64,000 nucleotides of DNA from a virus: positions 1-64,000 of the IMG/VR virus record IMGVR_UViG_3300045988_105168; one strand, given 5' to 3'. The position numbers and the translations under genes were made by a program. The notes under the pieces are model-generated. The model saw nothing but the letters and a program-made list of their open reading frames with translations, was not told the origin of the DNA and ran no database searches. Below, in pieces: positions 12,760-23,700 of this stretch. Within the stretch, counting starts at the first letter, position 1. The number at the start of each line of letters is the position of its first letter.

Positions 12760-14683
12760 AAGTTCTTTTAGTGTGTTTATATCTATACTTAACTTCTGCT
12801 TGTTTACCTCTATTAAAATGAGATACGTCAGTCGTTAAATACCCTGTAACCCTAGCTAAGTGTTCAATATGCGTATCGTGACAAATAGGACATTCATCGT
12901 TTATATCGTCACTAAATCCACATCCTAAACAAGTGTCAATAGGGAAGTTAATTGCAAAATAAGGAACATCATTATTCATTGCGTAGTTAATAATTTGTTC
13001 TACAGCTTCTGGATTATCCATTATTTTACTTTCAAATTCAGTATATGTTATACATCCACTTGTTCCGTATTTACATAAAGGAGCCTCTATATCAATTTTC
13101 TTGAATACATCAACTTCTTCCCATACTGGAACGTGAATACTATTAGTAAAGAATTCTTTATCTGTAATATTTGGAATTATACCAAATTCATCACGTGTTT
13201 TTCTACAAATAGTATAGCAACAACTTTCTGCTGGTGTGTAATATAAACCGAAGTTTAAATCGTTTCTATCAGACGCTTCTTTACAGAAAGCACTAATATA
13301 TTGTACTAATTTTGTAACAAATTTATGTACTTCTGGGTCTAAATGATTTTTACCAAATAATGCTTGGCACATTTCAGCAATTCCTAAAATACCAACTGCT
13401 TGAGAGCCGTGTCTCATTGCACTAGCAATAGTTTCTCCGTCAAAACCTCTGATAGTTTCATTCTTATACATAAATGGAGCTGCCTTTGGATTTTGATTAC
13501 AAATATGTTTATATCTTGATACTAATGCTTCTTCTACAATATCAAGTACTTCATCTAATTCTTTCCAGAAGCCATTTAAATCTGGTATAGTTCTTTCTCC
13601 TAAAGCAATACCGTGTTTTAAAGCAATTTTAGGTAGGTTGATTGTGATAGGACTTACGTTTCCTCTACCAACTTTCGCATAACCAAATCCGTGTCTGTCA
13701 AATGACATTGCTGTTCTGCATCCCATTGTACAATTATATGTGTCTGGATTTTCTGGGTCTTCAATATTACCACTAAAATCACAGTTTACAAAATTAGGAT
13801 AAATTCTCTTGCATAATGATTTAATTGCTAATTGTTTCAAATCATAGTTAGGGTCACCTGGTTCAGCATTAACTCCTTTTTTATGTTGAAAAATTGCAAT
13901 AGGGAATATACTTGTTCTATGAAATTTTCCAATTCCATCTAAACTAGCCATTAATAACCATCTACTAACCATTCTTCCTTCTTCTGAAGTATCTCTACCA
14001 AAATTGATTGATGTAAATGGTAATTGACTTCCCGCTCTACTTTCTAATGTATTTAAGTTATGGTATAAACCTTGAGCGGCTTGCATACCTTCTTTTTCTA
14101 ACATATCTAATGCAAAATTATATGCCTTAGAATATTTTTCCATTAACTCTTTATTTCCTACCTTCCATTGTTCTTCTGGAATATAGCAAGATAATGGTTC
14201 ATCGTATACGTAATTTAATCCGTCTTTAAAATGTTTTTTAAAAGACATTGCTACAAATGGTGCTAAATCAAAATCAATATGAGCACTAGCAACGCCACCA
14301 AATTGAACTTGACTTTGACATTGAAATATAACTGCCACTTGTTGCATTGCTGTACTGATACTTTTCGGAGGTCTAACGTCACCATTTCTAGTTGTAAAAC
14401 CATCTTTAAATAGTTTTGCAAAATCTATGAATAAACAGTTATGCATACCAGTTGCATAATTATCCATATCGTGAATATAAATTCTATTTTCTTGAAATGC
14501 TCTCCATACTTCTGGCGAGATAAACTCATCACGAGCCACCTCTTTTAATAAAACTCCTGCGGCTTCAAACTTTCTTCCACCAAATGAATATTCGTCCACA
14601 TTTGCATTTGAGTTTTGTACGTTTGAGCAATTTAATATTTCCATAACTTTTCTTTTTGTATTATTTTCTTCTAATAAATTCAT
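12734..14683 (-). CDS. nrdD: anaerobic ribonucleoside-triphosphate reductase
   Basis: 649 aa; C-terminal zinc ribbon CLGCG...CPIC and glycyl-radical motif ARVTGYL. Confidence 0.9.
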   Translation of the reverse strand: MNLLEENNTKRKVMEILNCSNVQNSNANVDEYSFGGRKFEAAGVLLKEVARDEFISPEVWRAFQENRIYIHDMDNYATGMHNCLFIDFAKLFKDGFTTRNGDVRPPKSISTAMQQVAVIFQCQSQVQFGGVASAHIDFDLAPFVAMSFKKHFKDGLNYVYDEPLSCYIPEEQWKVGNKELMEKYSKAYNFALDMLEKEGMQAAQGLYHNLNTLESRAGSQLPFTSINFGRDTSEEGRMVSRWLLMASLDGIGKFHRTSIFPIAIFQHKKGVNAEPGDPNYDLKQLAIKSLCKRIYPNFVNCDFSGNIEDPENPDTYNCTMGCRTAMSFDRHGFGYAKVGRGNVSPITINLPKIALKHGIALGERTIPDLNGFWKELDEVLDIVEEALVSRYKHICNQNPKAAPFMYKNETIRGFDGETIASAMRHGSQAVGILGIAEMCQALFGKNHLDPEVHKFVTKLVQYISAFCKEASDRNDLNFGLYYTPAESCCYTICRKTRDEFGIIPNITDKEFFTNSIHVPVWEEVDVFKKIDIEAPLCKYGTSGCITYTEFESKIMDNPEAVEQIINYAMNNDVPYFAINFPIDTCLGCGFSDDINDECPICHDTHIEHLARVTGYLTTDVSHFNRGKQAEVKYRYKHTKRTFGDGNDKY

Positions 14684-14709
14684 AATATTCCCTCCTCCTT
14701 ATTTATGTC

Positions 14710-14925
14710 TTATACGTAGTCTACATTTGCGCCCAAATATTCTAAAAGAGATAAGGCAAAATCATAACCGAAATTACTAAAACTATAATTGACATCACTA
14801 TCCATACCATCTGGGTCTTCTTCAGTGATTTCAACAACAAATATATCATCGTTGTCAACATATATTTTATATCTTTCAGGGTCGTCTAGGCATTTTTGTA
14901 GCCATTCTTTATCTTCTTTAGTCAT
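14710..14925 (-). CDS. hypothetical acidic protein (71 aa)
   Basis: ORF track. Confidence 0.5.
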   Translation of the reverse strand: MTKEDKEWLQKCLDDPERYKIYVDNDDIFVVEITEEDPDGMDSDVNYSFSNFGYDFALSLLEYLGANVDYV

Positions 14926-15736
14926 CTAATAATTCCTCGCTTTCTATAACTAATACATTTACTTTTTTAGAGTAATTAGTTGTTGCATCGATTGCAATTA
15001 CTCTTCCGTCTTTTCTACGTAATATATCAAAACTTCCTAACGGATTACGATTTGGGGAATATCCATATTTCTTTCTTAATGTGGATGTTCCAAAATGGCC
15101 TATAACTACAGTCTTATCTGTATTATTAATCTCTTTACCAAAGAAACTTCCGTCGTCCCACATTAATGCTTCCCAATCAGTAAAGTGGTAGCGCATACAA
15201 TGTGGCTCGTGCCAATCTTTAGCATTTACATCAATCGCTCCGTGAGTAAATATATAGTTTTTGGTTTCAAAATAATAAGGTCGAGTTTTTAACCATTCTA
15301 ATAACTCAGGATATTCCTCATTAATTTCTTTTTTAGCACCAGATAGCCATTCAGCAAAATCTCCTATGGTAGGGACATCAATGTCCTTAGCAAGAACACA
15401 CCAACTTTCAAACGGTGCTGTTTGATGTAAGAAGTCTGCCATAGTTTCTCTTGTACCATTGTGAAAATAATTAAAAGGGTCTAAAGATGTGCCATCTAAA
15501 TAATTAGTAAAGAAGCCTGTATGGTTGCCTTTTAAAACAATCGCCTTCCCCTCATCAGATAATCGTTTTAAATATTCATACACTTCCAAACATTCATCAC
15601 CACGGTCTAAGGCATCACCTATACTAACTAACAAATGGTTTGGATTATTTTCATCATATCCAGCTTTCTTTAAACTTTCTTTTAAACATCTTGCTTCCCC
15701 GTGTATATCCGACACGGCAAATATAGTTTTTTTCAT
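14918..15736 (-). CDS. calcineurin-like metallophosphatase (PrpE/lambda-PP type)
   Basis: Motifs DIHGE, GDALDRGD, GNHT, GHFG. Confidence 0.75.
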   Translation of the reverse strand: MKKTIFAVSDIHGEARCLKESLKKAGYDENNPNHLLVSIGDALDRGDECLEVYEYLKRLSDEGKAIVLKGNHTGFFTNYLDGTSLDPFNYFHNGTRETMADFLHQTAPFESWCVLAKDIDVPTIGDFAEWLSGAKKEINEEYPELLEWLKTRPYYFETKNYIFTHGAIDVNAKDWHEPHCMRYHFTDWEALMWDDGSFFGKEINNTDKTVVIGHFGTSTLRKKYGYSPNRNPLGSFDILRRKDGRVIAIDATTNYSKKVNVLVIESEELLDD

Positions 15737-15745
15737 AAATACCTC

Positions 15746-16708
15746 CTATTCGTAATAATCGAAGAAGTTCTCTTTTGGTTCTATTGACATTTCTTTGATT
15801 ATCTTTTCTACAGCTTCATTTTCTTCTTCTGTAAAATATTTCATCTCTTTTGAAATCTCTTTAAACGCATTACCGATTTGTTCTTGTACTGAATATGAGA
15901 TACCAAATCTAACTAATTGATAAACTCTAACTTCAAGGTTATGACAGATTGCATCGTCAAAATTGTCTTTACCATATTGTTCTACAATACTATCCTTAAT
16001 TGAAGCTGTTTTATTATCGTATAATTCAGCCAACTCTCTTGCCTCTTCTAAACTAGATTTGCCTCGTTTAATATCTAACATATATTCTCTTAATCCTTCA
16101 TCGTCATACCAAATGGCATCTTTGAATTTCATATCCTTTTCAAATATATTTTCTATTAAATGAGTTAATCTAATAATACTAGCAAGTTGTTTTGGGTCAT
16201 AACCATATTTTTTTATCTTTTCAACTGTTGCTGGGTATTCGTGTTCTAAGGCAACAACCTTTTCTTTGCTCATACCACTAATACAACGTGCAAGTTGAGG
16301 AAGGTTCATTTTAACAATATCTTCCTTCATATCAAATATTTCTTTAAGTAATGATTTGTATTTAGGATTAATAATCTTATATTCTGTAAATAATATTTCT
16401 AAATAAGATTGATTTTGTTTTTTCCACATTTCCATCATTACTCTAATATCTTTAACATCAATTTGTTCTCCCTCAAAGTCATATTTAGTAGACACCATTG
16501 CGGTACCTTTAATAAGACTATCTAATGTAGGGATAACTAAACACTTAGTATCTACGTCTGATGTATAATCTTTTTCATAAATATCTAAGTTATAGTTTTG
16601 AGAGCCTTGTAGAAATATACCTACAATTTCATACCCTAAAGACTCAATGTGTTTATAATGAGCCTTCAGACGGTTTTTTATATGCTCTTTCCTTGTTTTC
16701 TCATCCAT
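15746..16708 (-). CDS. Pol-beta-fold nucleotidyltransferase (RNA-repair-associated type?)
   Basis: GSQNYNL...TSDVDTKCLV NTase signature. Start ATG 16708 sits behind AAAGGAGA; the track TTG 16735 lies inside the upstream gene. Confidence 0.5.
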   Translation of the reverse strand: MDEKTRKEHIKNRLKAHYKHIESLGYEIVGIFLQGSQNYNLDIYEKDYTSDVDTKCLVIPTLDSLIKGTAMVSTKYDFEGEQIDVKDIRVMMEMWKKQNQSYLEILFTEYKIINPKYKSLLKEIFDMKEDIVKMNLPQLARCISGMSKEKVVALEHEYPATVEKIKKYGYDPKQLASIIRLTHLIENIFEKDMKFKDAIWYDDEGLREYMLDIKRGKSSLEEARELAELYDNKTASIKDSIVEQYGKDNFDDAICHNLEVRVYQLVRFGISYSVQEQIGNAFKEISKEMKYFTEEENEAVEKIIKEMSIEPKENFFDYYE

Positions 16709-16710
16709 AA

Positions 16711-17226
16711 TTATTTCTCCTTTTTTAATTTCCAACGATAACCGTATGCCATATTTCTTTTACCAACAACGCATTGACTAATATGTGAGTGGTTTTTATT
16801 AATAGACCTAGCTGCTTCTATAATACTATCAAATTCTCGAATGTAATTACCAGATAAATCTAATTGTATAACCGACTTTTTATTCCAATCATTTTTATGC
16901 CCGTAATTATTATTATATAAATTATCGCACCACTCTAAGTTCCAAAATTCATTACAAGTTTTTATTTCGTTTTTATGATTAACTTGTTTAAAATTCTTAG
17001 GATTTGGCAAGAAGTGCAAGGCGACTAGACGATGTATTTTTGTCATTTTATGTACACCATTTTTGCACAGTTGTACTTGCAGATAACCATCTTTATCTTT
17101 GCCTGGTCGCAATATTTTTGCACTTTTGCTTTTGTTATAATGTAAACTCAATACTTGCCCGTCATCACTAATTTGATATAATCCTTCAAATCCGATTATA
17201 TCTTTCCATCTTGTTTCTTTTTTAAT
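16711..17226 (-). CDS. NUMOD4/HNH-type homing endonuclease lacking a canonical start
   Basis: WKDIIGFEGLYQISDDGQV (NUMOD4-like), HRLVALHF...VNHKN (HNH) and a C-terminal IENR-like SIIEAARS...ISQCV. The frame is open back to 17235 but the first canonical start is TTG 17151. ATT 17226 follows AAGGTG. Confidence 0.6.
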   Translation of the reverse strand: MKKETRWKDIIGFEGLYQISDDGQVLSLHYNKSKSAKILRPGKDKDGYLQVQLCKNGVHKMTKIHRLVALHFLPNPKNFKQVNHKNEIKTCNEFWNLEWCDNLYNNNYGHKNDWNKKSVIQLDLSGNYIREFDSIIEAARSINKNHSHISQCVVGKRNMAYGYRWKLKKEK

Positions 17227-17837
17227 GATAACACCTTATTTCTATGCTCATTGTATATCTTATATCTACGCATCACATTCATTTGGTCTTCTAATGGTAT
17301 GTCTTTAAAGACAGAATTGTAATAATTACAATTACTAAACGGTTCTACGCATCCACCGCACCTAACGCATTGTGGAACACAAGCGAAATACACATCTTCA
17401 TCATATTCTTTAACTGCCTCTAAAACAGCCTCCCAATATTTACGTGTTGTTGGGTCTGCACAAGTACATAAACGTTTAGCACTAATATTAATAAGCGCTT
17501 GGATATTTGCATCCATTTCCATTGGCACAGGGTTCATTTGACTTCTTTCTTCTCTATCAATACCTGTACGGTCAGTTCTTTCTGTACCAACGAACTTTTC
17601 ACATCCTTCGTGATGTCTTGCAAAATGCGTTGATATTGCATAAGGTATTGCATCCCATTTCCAACTAATTTCGCTTCTTCTAATTGGAGAGTGTTCGCAG
17701 ATTAATAATTTTCTTCTCCATTCTTGTCCTGGCATTTGTTTTGCTTGCTTACTAATTGTTGTCATACAAGCAGACTTAATTCTTAACCAGTCCACATTAA
17801 AATACGTAATATTCACTGATGTATCATATTTTTTCAT
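17196..17837 (-). CDS. ThyX-like (flavin-dependent thymidylate synthase fold) protein with a C-terminal Cys cluster
   Basis: EHSPIRRSEISWKWDAIPYAISTHFARHH parallels the ThyX H-x-P-x-EH...RQ..RHR region, but the RHRxxS motif is not intact. CVPQCVRCGGCVEPFSNC follows. Confidence 0.4.
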   Translation of the reverse strand: MKKYDTSVNITYFNVDWLRIKSACMTTISKQAKQMPGQEWRRKLLICEHSPIRRSEISWKWDAIPYAISTHFARHHEGCEKFVGTERTDRTGIDREERSQMNPVPMEMDANIQALINISAKRLCTCADPTTRKYWEAVLEAVKEYDEDVYFACVPQCVRCGGCVEPFSNCNYYNSVFKDIPLEDQMNVMRRYKIYNEHRNKVLSLKKKQDGKI

Positions 17838-17843
17838 AATTAA

Positions 17844-18134
17844 TCACTCCTTATATAATAAATACACATTTACCAAATACCACACACTATCTCCTTGTAA
17901 ATAAGTCGTAAAACTATCTTTAACTTCAAAACAACGTGGAATATAATATTCTTCTTCCATACATTCATCATATTCTCTTACTGGTATACACAACCAACAT
18001 TTGTCTTGAGATAAAGTACCTTTTAAACAAGGTTGCCCGTCTAATGATTTATCACTAATATAGACGTGACAATTAGTAGTGTCCACTCCCTGCTCTTTAC
18101 ATCTTTTTAATATTTCTTCATATTCTCTATACAT
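17844..18134 (-). CDS. hypothetical protein (96 aa)
   Basis: ORF track. Confidence 0.5.
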   Translation of the reverse strand: MYREYEEILKRCKEQGVDTTNCHVYISDKSLDGQPCLKGTLSQDKCWLCIPVREYDECMEEEYYIPRCFEVKDSFTTYLQGDSVWYLVNVYLLYKE

Positions 18135-18954
18135 ACATTACAAAGCCTCTCACCATAATTACTCCGCCGTCAATCTCAACTTCGGTATCAAAACACGTAC
18201 CCAAAGTACTAGGATATTCGCTTAATTCTTCTAAGGATACATTATATACCTCTAAAAATTCATTAACGTCTGGTAATGCGTCTTGTAATTCTTTATATAG
18301 CCCTAAATAATATAAGTTATTCCATTCGTCTTGCATCATTACCATATATTGTTTAGAAACTCCTATTAATGAATGTTCACTGGTCACAGCCTCGCGCATT
18401 CTTAAATAGCATTTACCGCATACACTTTCGTATGTAACATTATCAGAACCATCAATAACGACCTGGTCTCCATCAAATACTGGTTCGCCTTTAACTCTAC
18501 GTAAGTTCTGTGTTGCTTTCGCACCACATCTACATACAGTTTTTAACTCCTCAATATCATCAGAAATTTCTAATAATCTAGTAGAACCAGGAAAACCAAT
18601 CATTTTAAAATCGGCTCGTAGTCCATAACATAAAATAGGAATATTGTATTCTTTAGTAATAGCATATAACTCATCAACTTGTTTTGGCGTTAAGAATTGA
18701 GCCTCGTCAACAATAATAGCATCAATACCAGATAATGTTATTTTACCTTTAATATTATCATTTGGCGCTAATAAAATATCAACTTCTCTTTCCAAACCAA
18801 TTCTACTTGTTACTTTGTTACTACCTTTTGTATCAGTAGAGGGTTTCATTAATAGAACCCTCATACCTCTTTCTTCATAATTATGAGCAACTTGCAGAAG
18901 TGCACTTGTTTTACCACAATTCATTGCGCCATATCTAAAATATAGCTTACTCAT
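18127..18954 (-). CDS. tdk: thymidine kinase with a C-terminal extension
   Basis: P-loop GAMNCGKTS, VDEAQF, zinc site CRCG...CGKC. Confidence 0.85.
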   Translation of the reverse strand: MSKLYFRYGAMNCGKTSALLQVAHNYEERGMRVLLMKPSTDTKGSNKVTSRIGLEREVDILLAPNDNIKGKITLSGIDAIIVDEAQFLTPKQVDELYAITKEYNIPILCYGLRADFKMIGFPGSTRLLEISDDIEELKTVCRCGAKATQNLRRVKGEPVFDGDQVVIDGSDNVTYESVCGKCYLRMREAVTSEHSLIGVSKQYMVMMQDEWNNLYYLGLYKELQDALPDVNEFLEVYNVSLEELSEYPSTLGTCFDTEVEIDGGVIMVRGFVMYV

Positions 18955-18955
18955 A

Positions 18956-19561
18956 TTATCTTCTCCCTTTGATATATTTATCTAAGTCTTGTTTTTCGTT
19001 CCACATAGCGCGCATTACACCAAGTGTTGCTTCAACATCATCTAATGCTCTATGCGAGTTTTGAACATCTTTGACTTCATATCTAACAATCATATCACAA
19101 AGTTTATTACCTTTATATAATCCAGTTCTTGCTCTAGCAACTTCTAAAACATCTAATGTAGGATTATTAATTTGATAACCATCTTCCATTTGTGCCATAA
19201 ACGCTTTTATAAACTTCATATCGAATGGTGTATTATAAGCCACAATTAGTGTGTCATCATAATCCCCAAAAATGCCCTTTAGAAGCTCGAAAAGTTCTTC
19301 CTTTGTAATTCCATCGGCTTGACACATTTCAGCTGTTATATTGTGAATATGGCTGTTTAAAATAGGGTATTTGTTCTTAATTAATACAGAGATGTCTTGA
19401 CGTTCAGAGAACTTATCACTGCCTTCTGGTTTTGTAAGAAGAATACCTCCTAACTCTAATATTTCGCCACAAGGCTCTGGGTTTAAACTATTTGTTTCAG
19501 TATCAAATATAAACATTCTTTTATAATCTTTAAACATCAATCTCATCCTTTCTTTCTTCAA
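18956..19561 (-). CDS. DEDDh 3'-5' exonuclease (DnaQ-like)
   Basis: FDTETNS, AYNTPFDMKF, HRALDDVE. The start may be ATG 19537, overlapping the ligase stop. Confidence 0.8.
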   Translation of the reverse strand: MKKERMRLMFKDYKRMFIFDTETNSLNPEPCGEILELGGILLTKPEGSDKFSERQDISVLIKNKYPILNSHIHNITAEMCQADGITKEELFELLKGIFGDYDDTLIVAYNTPFDMKFIKAFMAQMEDGYQINNPTLDVLEVARARTGLYKGNKLCDMIVRYEVKDVQNSHRALDDVEATLGVMRAMWNEKQDLDKYIKGRR

Positions 19562-20726
19562 TTCCTATATATTTCACTAAATTATCAATTTGAATACTTC
19601 TTACTTTATCTTCTAACCAACCATCTGCCCAATAATCTTGGTTATAGGCTGCAAAAGTAATCATACTATTCGTTGTTTGTTTTGCCCATTCAGCAAAATC
19701 TTTCTTTGTCTCCCACGTTGTATTATCCATATATTTTAAATCTGACTTCACATTTTCAAGCCACTCACAAAGTGCTCTACGTACAGTGTCAAATTGTGGT
19801 TTATACTCTGGGAATGATGATATTACATCGTCGTCTTTTTGGTCTAATATCATTAATAATATTTTGCGTGGGGTGAAAATACCATTCCCTTTTTGGAAGA
19901 ATAATTCCATATATTTAGACGACTTCATTTTAACTCGAGTTTTCAAACTCTCATCAGACACTACATAACCTTCAAAATGTTCATCCTCTTTTGTAAGGTT
20001 GTCAACTTCTTGTTGTAGTTGTTTCATCATCTTTTTAGGGTTATCCACCACGTCAATAACTTTGTATTTTGGTCTCTTACATTTTTCAACACCAACACAA
20101 TCATCTTTCATATAAGGTACTTCATAAAAAGTATAGTTATTTCTACGTCCTAAATAATAAACATCTTCTACTTCGTAAGGTACGATGACTTTATTTTCTA
20201 AACCAACAAGCTCAAATAAATAAGTATAACGCTTATCAAGTCTATCCCAATCAATTTTATCTTTTGACGCATATAAGAATAATTCTTCATAATTAGTAAT
20301 GTCTTTCATTTCAAATTGAACTGGAGCATTTTTTGCGTGAATTGTTCCACTCGTAGAAATATGCCATCTATCATCGTCATACCATAATTTAATTAAGCTA
20401 CCATCAATCTTTTCTTCGACGTGCCATTGTTTTCTATGATAAAGTTTATATAAATCATTTTTAGCATTTGGGTCTCCCACACAGAAGAATTTTGTAAATG
20501 GCATACAAACTGGTATATATTTGTGTCCCACCTTTTTAATAATAAACCCACGTGCCTCCTTAACCATATCTTCTTTAAAACTAGAGAAAAGTTGATTATA
20601 TTTGATTAATGTATAACCATCAAAATCTCTTATCATAAGGCTATATGGAGGGGCTGTTAAAATAGCCCTCCACTTAGGATTAGAATTTATAAACCTTAAT
20701 ATTTTAAATTTTAACCTTGTTTTCAT
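19530..20726 (-). CDS. ATP-dependent RNA ligase (Rnl1-like)
   Basis: Motif I EEKIDGS (KxDG) and 398 aa. Whether the substrate is RNA or DNA is not proven. Confidence 0.6.
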   Translation of the reverse strand: MKTRLKFKILRFINSNPKWRAILTAPPYSLMIRDFDGYTLIKYNQLFSSFKEDMVKEARGFIIKKVGHKYIPVCMPFTKFFCVGDPNAKNDLYKLYHRKQWHVEEKIDGSLIKLWYDDDRWHISTSGTIHAKNAPVQFEMKDITNYEELFLYASKDKIDWDRLDKRYTYLFELVGLENKVIVPYEVEDVYYLGRRNNYTFYEVPYMKDDCVGVEKCKRPKYKVIDVVDNPKKMMKQLQQEVDNLTKEDEHFEGYVVSDESLKTRVKMKSSKYMELFFQKGNGIFTPRKILLMILDQKDDDVISSFPEYKPQFDTVRRALCEWLENVKSDLKYMDNTTWETKKDFAEWAKQTTNSMITFAAYNQDYWADGWLEDKVRSIQIDNLVKYIGIEERKDEIDV

Positions 20727-20741
20727 TTTATTTCTCCCTTT

Positions 20742-23700
20742 TTACAATTCTAAATTATCTACAAGTTCATAGTTAGCAAGCCACCAATCTTTTTCTCCTG
20801 TTGACTCCCAACCTGTCTCGGTTTTTCTTTGGCGGTCTTTTTGATAAAACCTACCACATTTTATTAACTGACCTCTTTTAAAAGGTGTTTCATTAAACGT
20901 AATCTTGTTAATTTTACAAGTCGTTTCTTTACCAGACCCTAAAGAATATAATCTTACTCTTGGGCTGTATTTAGTATCAACATCAGTCACTAAACAATAT
21001 CTTTTATCAACATCATATACCATACTGATATATCCAACAACGTCAGCTTCAAATAATACTTGCTCTGTAATTGGTACAATCTCATTTGGTATTCTTGCTT
21101 CAACATTTGCTAGTATCTTCATATAATCGATATTTGTATATTGTTTTTCTGTTTCTTTTTCAAAACATTCAACAATGTCCTCTGGAATTAATCCTAAATC
21201 TTCAAGTTTGTCTTTGGCGATTGTTTTACGTCCATATAAATTTTTAAAATATCTATATGTTTCTAACAATTTTTTATTCTTACCAAACTCATCGAAATAT
21301 TGAAGTTGAATTAATATTTCCATTTGACGGGAATTGATTTGTCTATCTTCTTCAATTTGTTCTAATAAACTAATGAAGTTATCATATTGATTATCTCTTA
21401 ATGAATATAAATACTCAGCTGCACCACTATTCAAATATTTAATACTAGCAACACCTTTATATATGTTATGATTTTCTTCGTCATACATATATTTATCAGT
21501 CGAGTGTCTAAATCTTGGAGGTAAAATTTGATAACCATATAGCTTAGCCATTTCAAAGCCACCAACAATATCATCCTCATTTTGTGCATTATTTAAATAT
21601 GCCATTATAAAATATGGTGTATGATAATATCTAAGGTAGGCACATAAGTAACCAACCATACAATAAGCAACAGAGTGATTATAACCAAATTGATATGAAG
21701 CAGAGTCTTCAATAATTTGTAAGAACTCTTTAGCCTCTTGTTCTGCCACATCTCTAGGTTGTGGCGACATTTTACAATATCCTTCAAGTATGCTAGGCAT
21801 TGCTGCATCAAGTCTGTCTTTTTGTTTACGACCGATAGCACGACGAATATTGTCGGCTTCACTTCCTGTTAGACCACATATATCTTTTAAGAATTTAATT
21901 GTATCCTCTTGATATATTAAGTAACCATAGTTATCTTCTAGCATATTGTCGATAATTTCTGAAGGGTTCTTATGAAACTCTTTTTGCATTAATTTATCAC
22001 GATATGAAGAACCACTTGGCCTTAACGCCGCTGTTACTAATGACATATCAAATATACTTTTAGGTTTGAATTCGCAAAGCATTTGGAATGCATACGCGCC
22101 TTCAAATTGGAATATTCCTTGAGGGCACTTTAACATATCTTCCCAAACTTTTTGGTCGTCCCAATTAACCTCACTGGATTTCGGGTATGTAATATTAGCG
22201 TATTTACACGCATCCTTGATAATACCTACATTTTTAAGTCCTAATATATCGTATTTTACAAGAGATATTTCGTGAACATCTTCCATATCTATTTGTAAAA
22301 TCTTCTTATCGTCTTTATATAATGTGCCATAATTATCTTCAAGTGTGACTGGGCTAACCACCATTCCACACGGATGCATTGATTGAGATATATTTGTGTT
22401 TAGTAATCCATCAAAATAATAGAATAATTCGTCATAAGTTTCACGAGCTTTGTCTGGATTTGCTTCATATTCCTTTTTAATCTTTTTCATATTTTCTAAC
22501 AAATAAGTGTCTTTGCCAGTCTTTCTATGTAAGGCTCTACCAATTTCATCGATACAACCTTTGTCTGATACAGTTCCTATTGCTAGAATATAAGCTGTAT
22601 ATTGCTCACCAAATTTCTCAATCATATGATTATACACCGCATCTCTATCATCTGGAGCGAAGTCTACGTCTATATCACCAATTTCCTTACGGTCTTCGTT
22701 AGCAAAACGTGAGAACACAGTCTTCCATTTGATAGGATTAATATCTATAATATCTAAAACATAAGCGATACAAGAGCCGCCACAAGAACCACGAGCAAAT
22801 CCTGTTGGGATATTGTTTTCGTGACACCACATAATAAGGTCTGACATAAACAACATAAACCCACACATATTAATTTTTTTAAATACGGCCAATTCTATTT
22901 TTATATTCTCAACAAATTCTTCCTTTTGTTCTTCTGGTATAATTCCTTTTACAACTTTATCTTTTAGCATATCCCACAAACGCAATCTTAATGTTTCTAT
23001 ATCGTCATCGTATACTTTAGGATATTTAAACTCTTTATCTAAAACAATATCTTCACAAGAGTCTGCCATCACATTTGTATTTTCTATTGCTTGTAAATAC
23101 ACACTTTTAGGTAGCGCATTTTGTTCTGCAAACATATCAACTAATTCATCATATGATTTATATGTTAAATCAAATTGGTCTTCATTTGCGAATTCAATGC
23201 CTTTTGCTAGTTGTAAGATAGAGCGACATTCAGCTTTATACCTATTTATACTGTGTGTGTCTGTACCAGCAATGAGTGGTTTATTATATTTCTTAGCCCA
23301 CTCAAATAATCTTTTATTATATACCTTTTGCTCGTCACTGTTTATATGAGGTTGAATTTCATAGTAATCATATTTTAAAAGTATTTTTTCAAAATTATCA
23401 CTAAGATATTTTATCCTTTTTTGTTCTTCCTCGTCATCAGTTGTCTTATGTATTTCATTCTCCATACGAGCCAATGGAGATGCAAGACACGCTGATATTT
23501 TAATCACATTATCACTAATATTTAAAAACTCATCGAATGTTATTCTTGGTTTAAAATAAAAGTGGTCGTCAGTATTAGAAGTACTGATTAATTGATTTAA
23601 TTCCCTTAACCCCTGCATATTTTTAGCAATTAGTACGGTATGATAATTGTCACGAACTTTTGGTTCTAACTGTGCCGTTAAATACACTTCACAACCGTGT

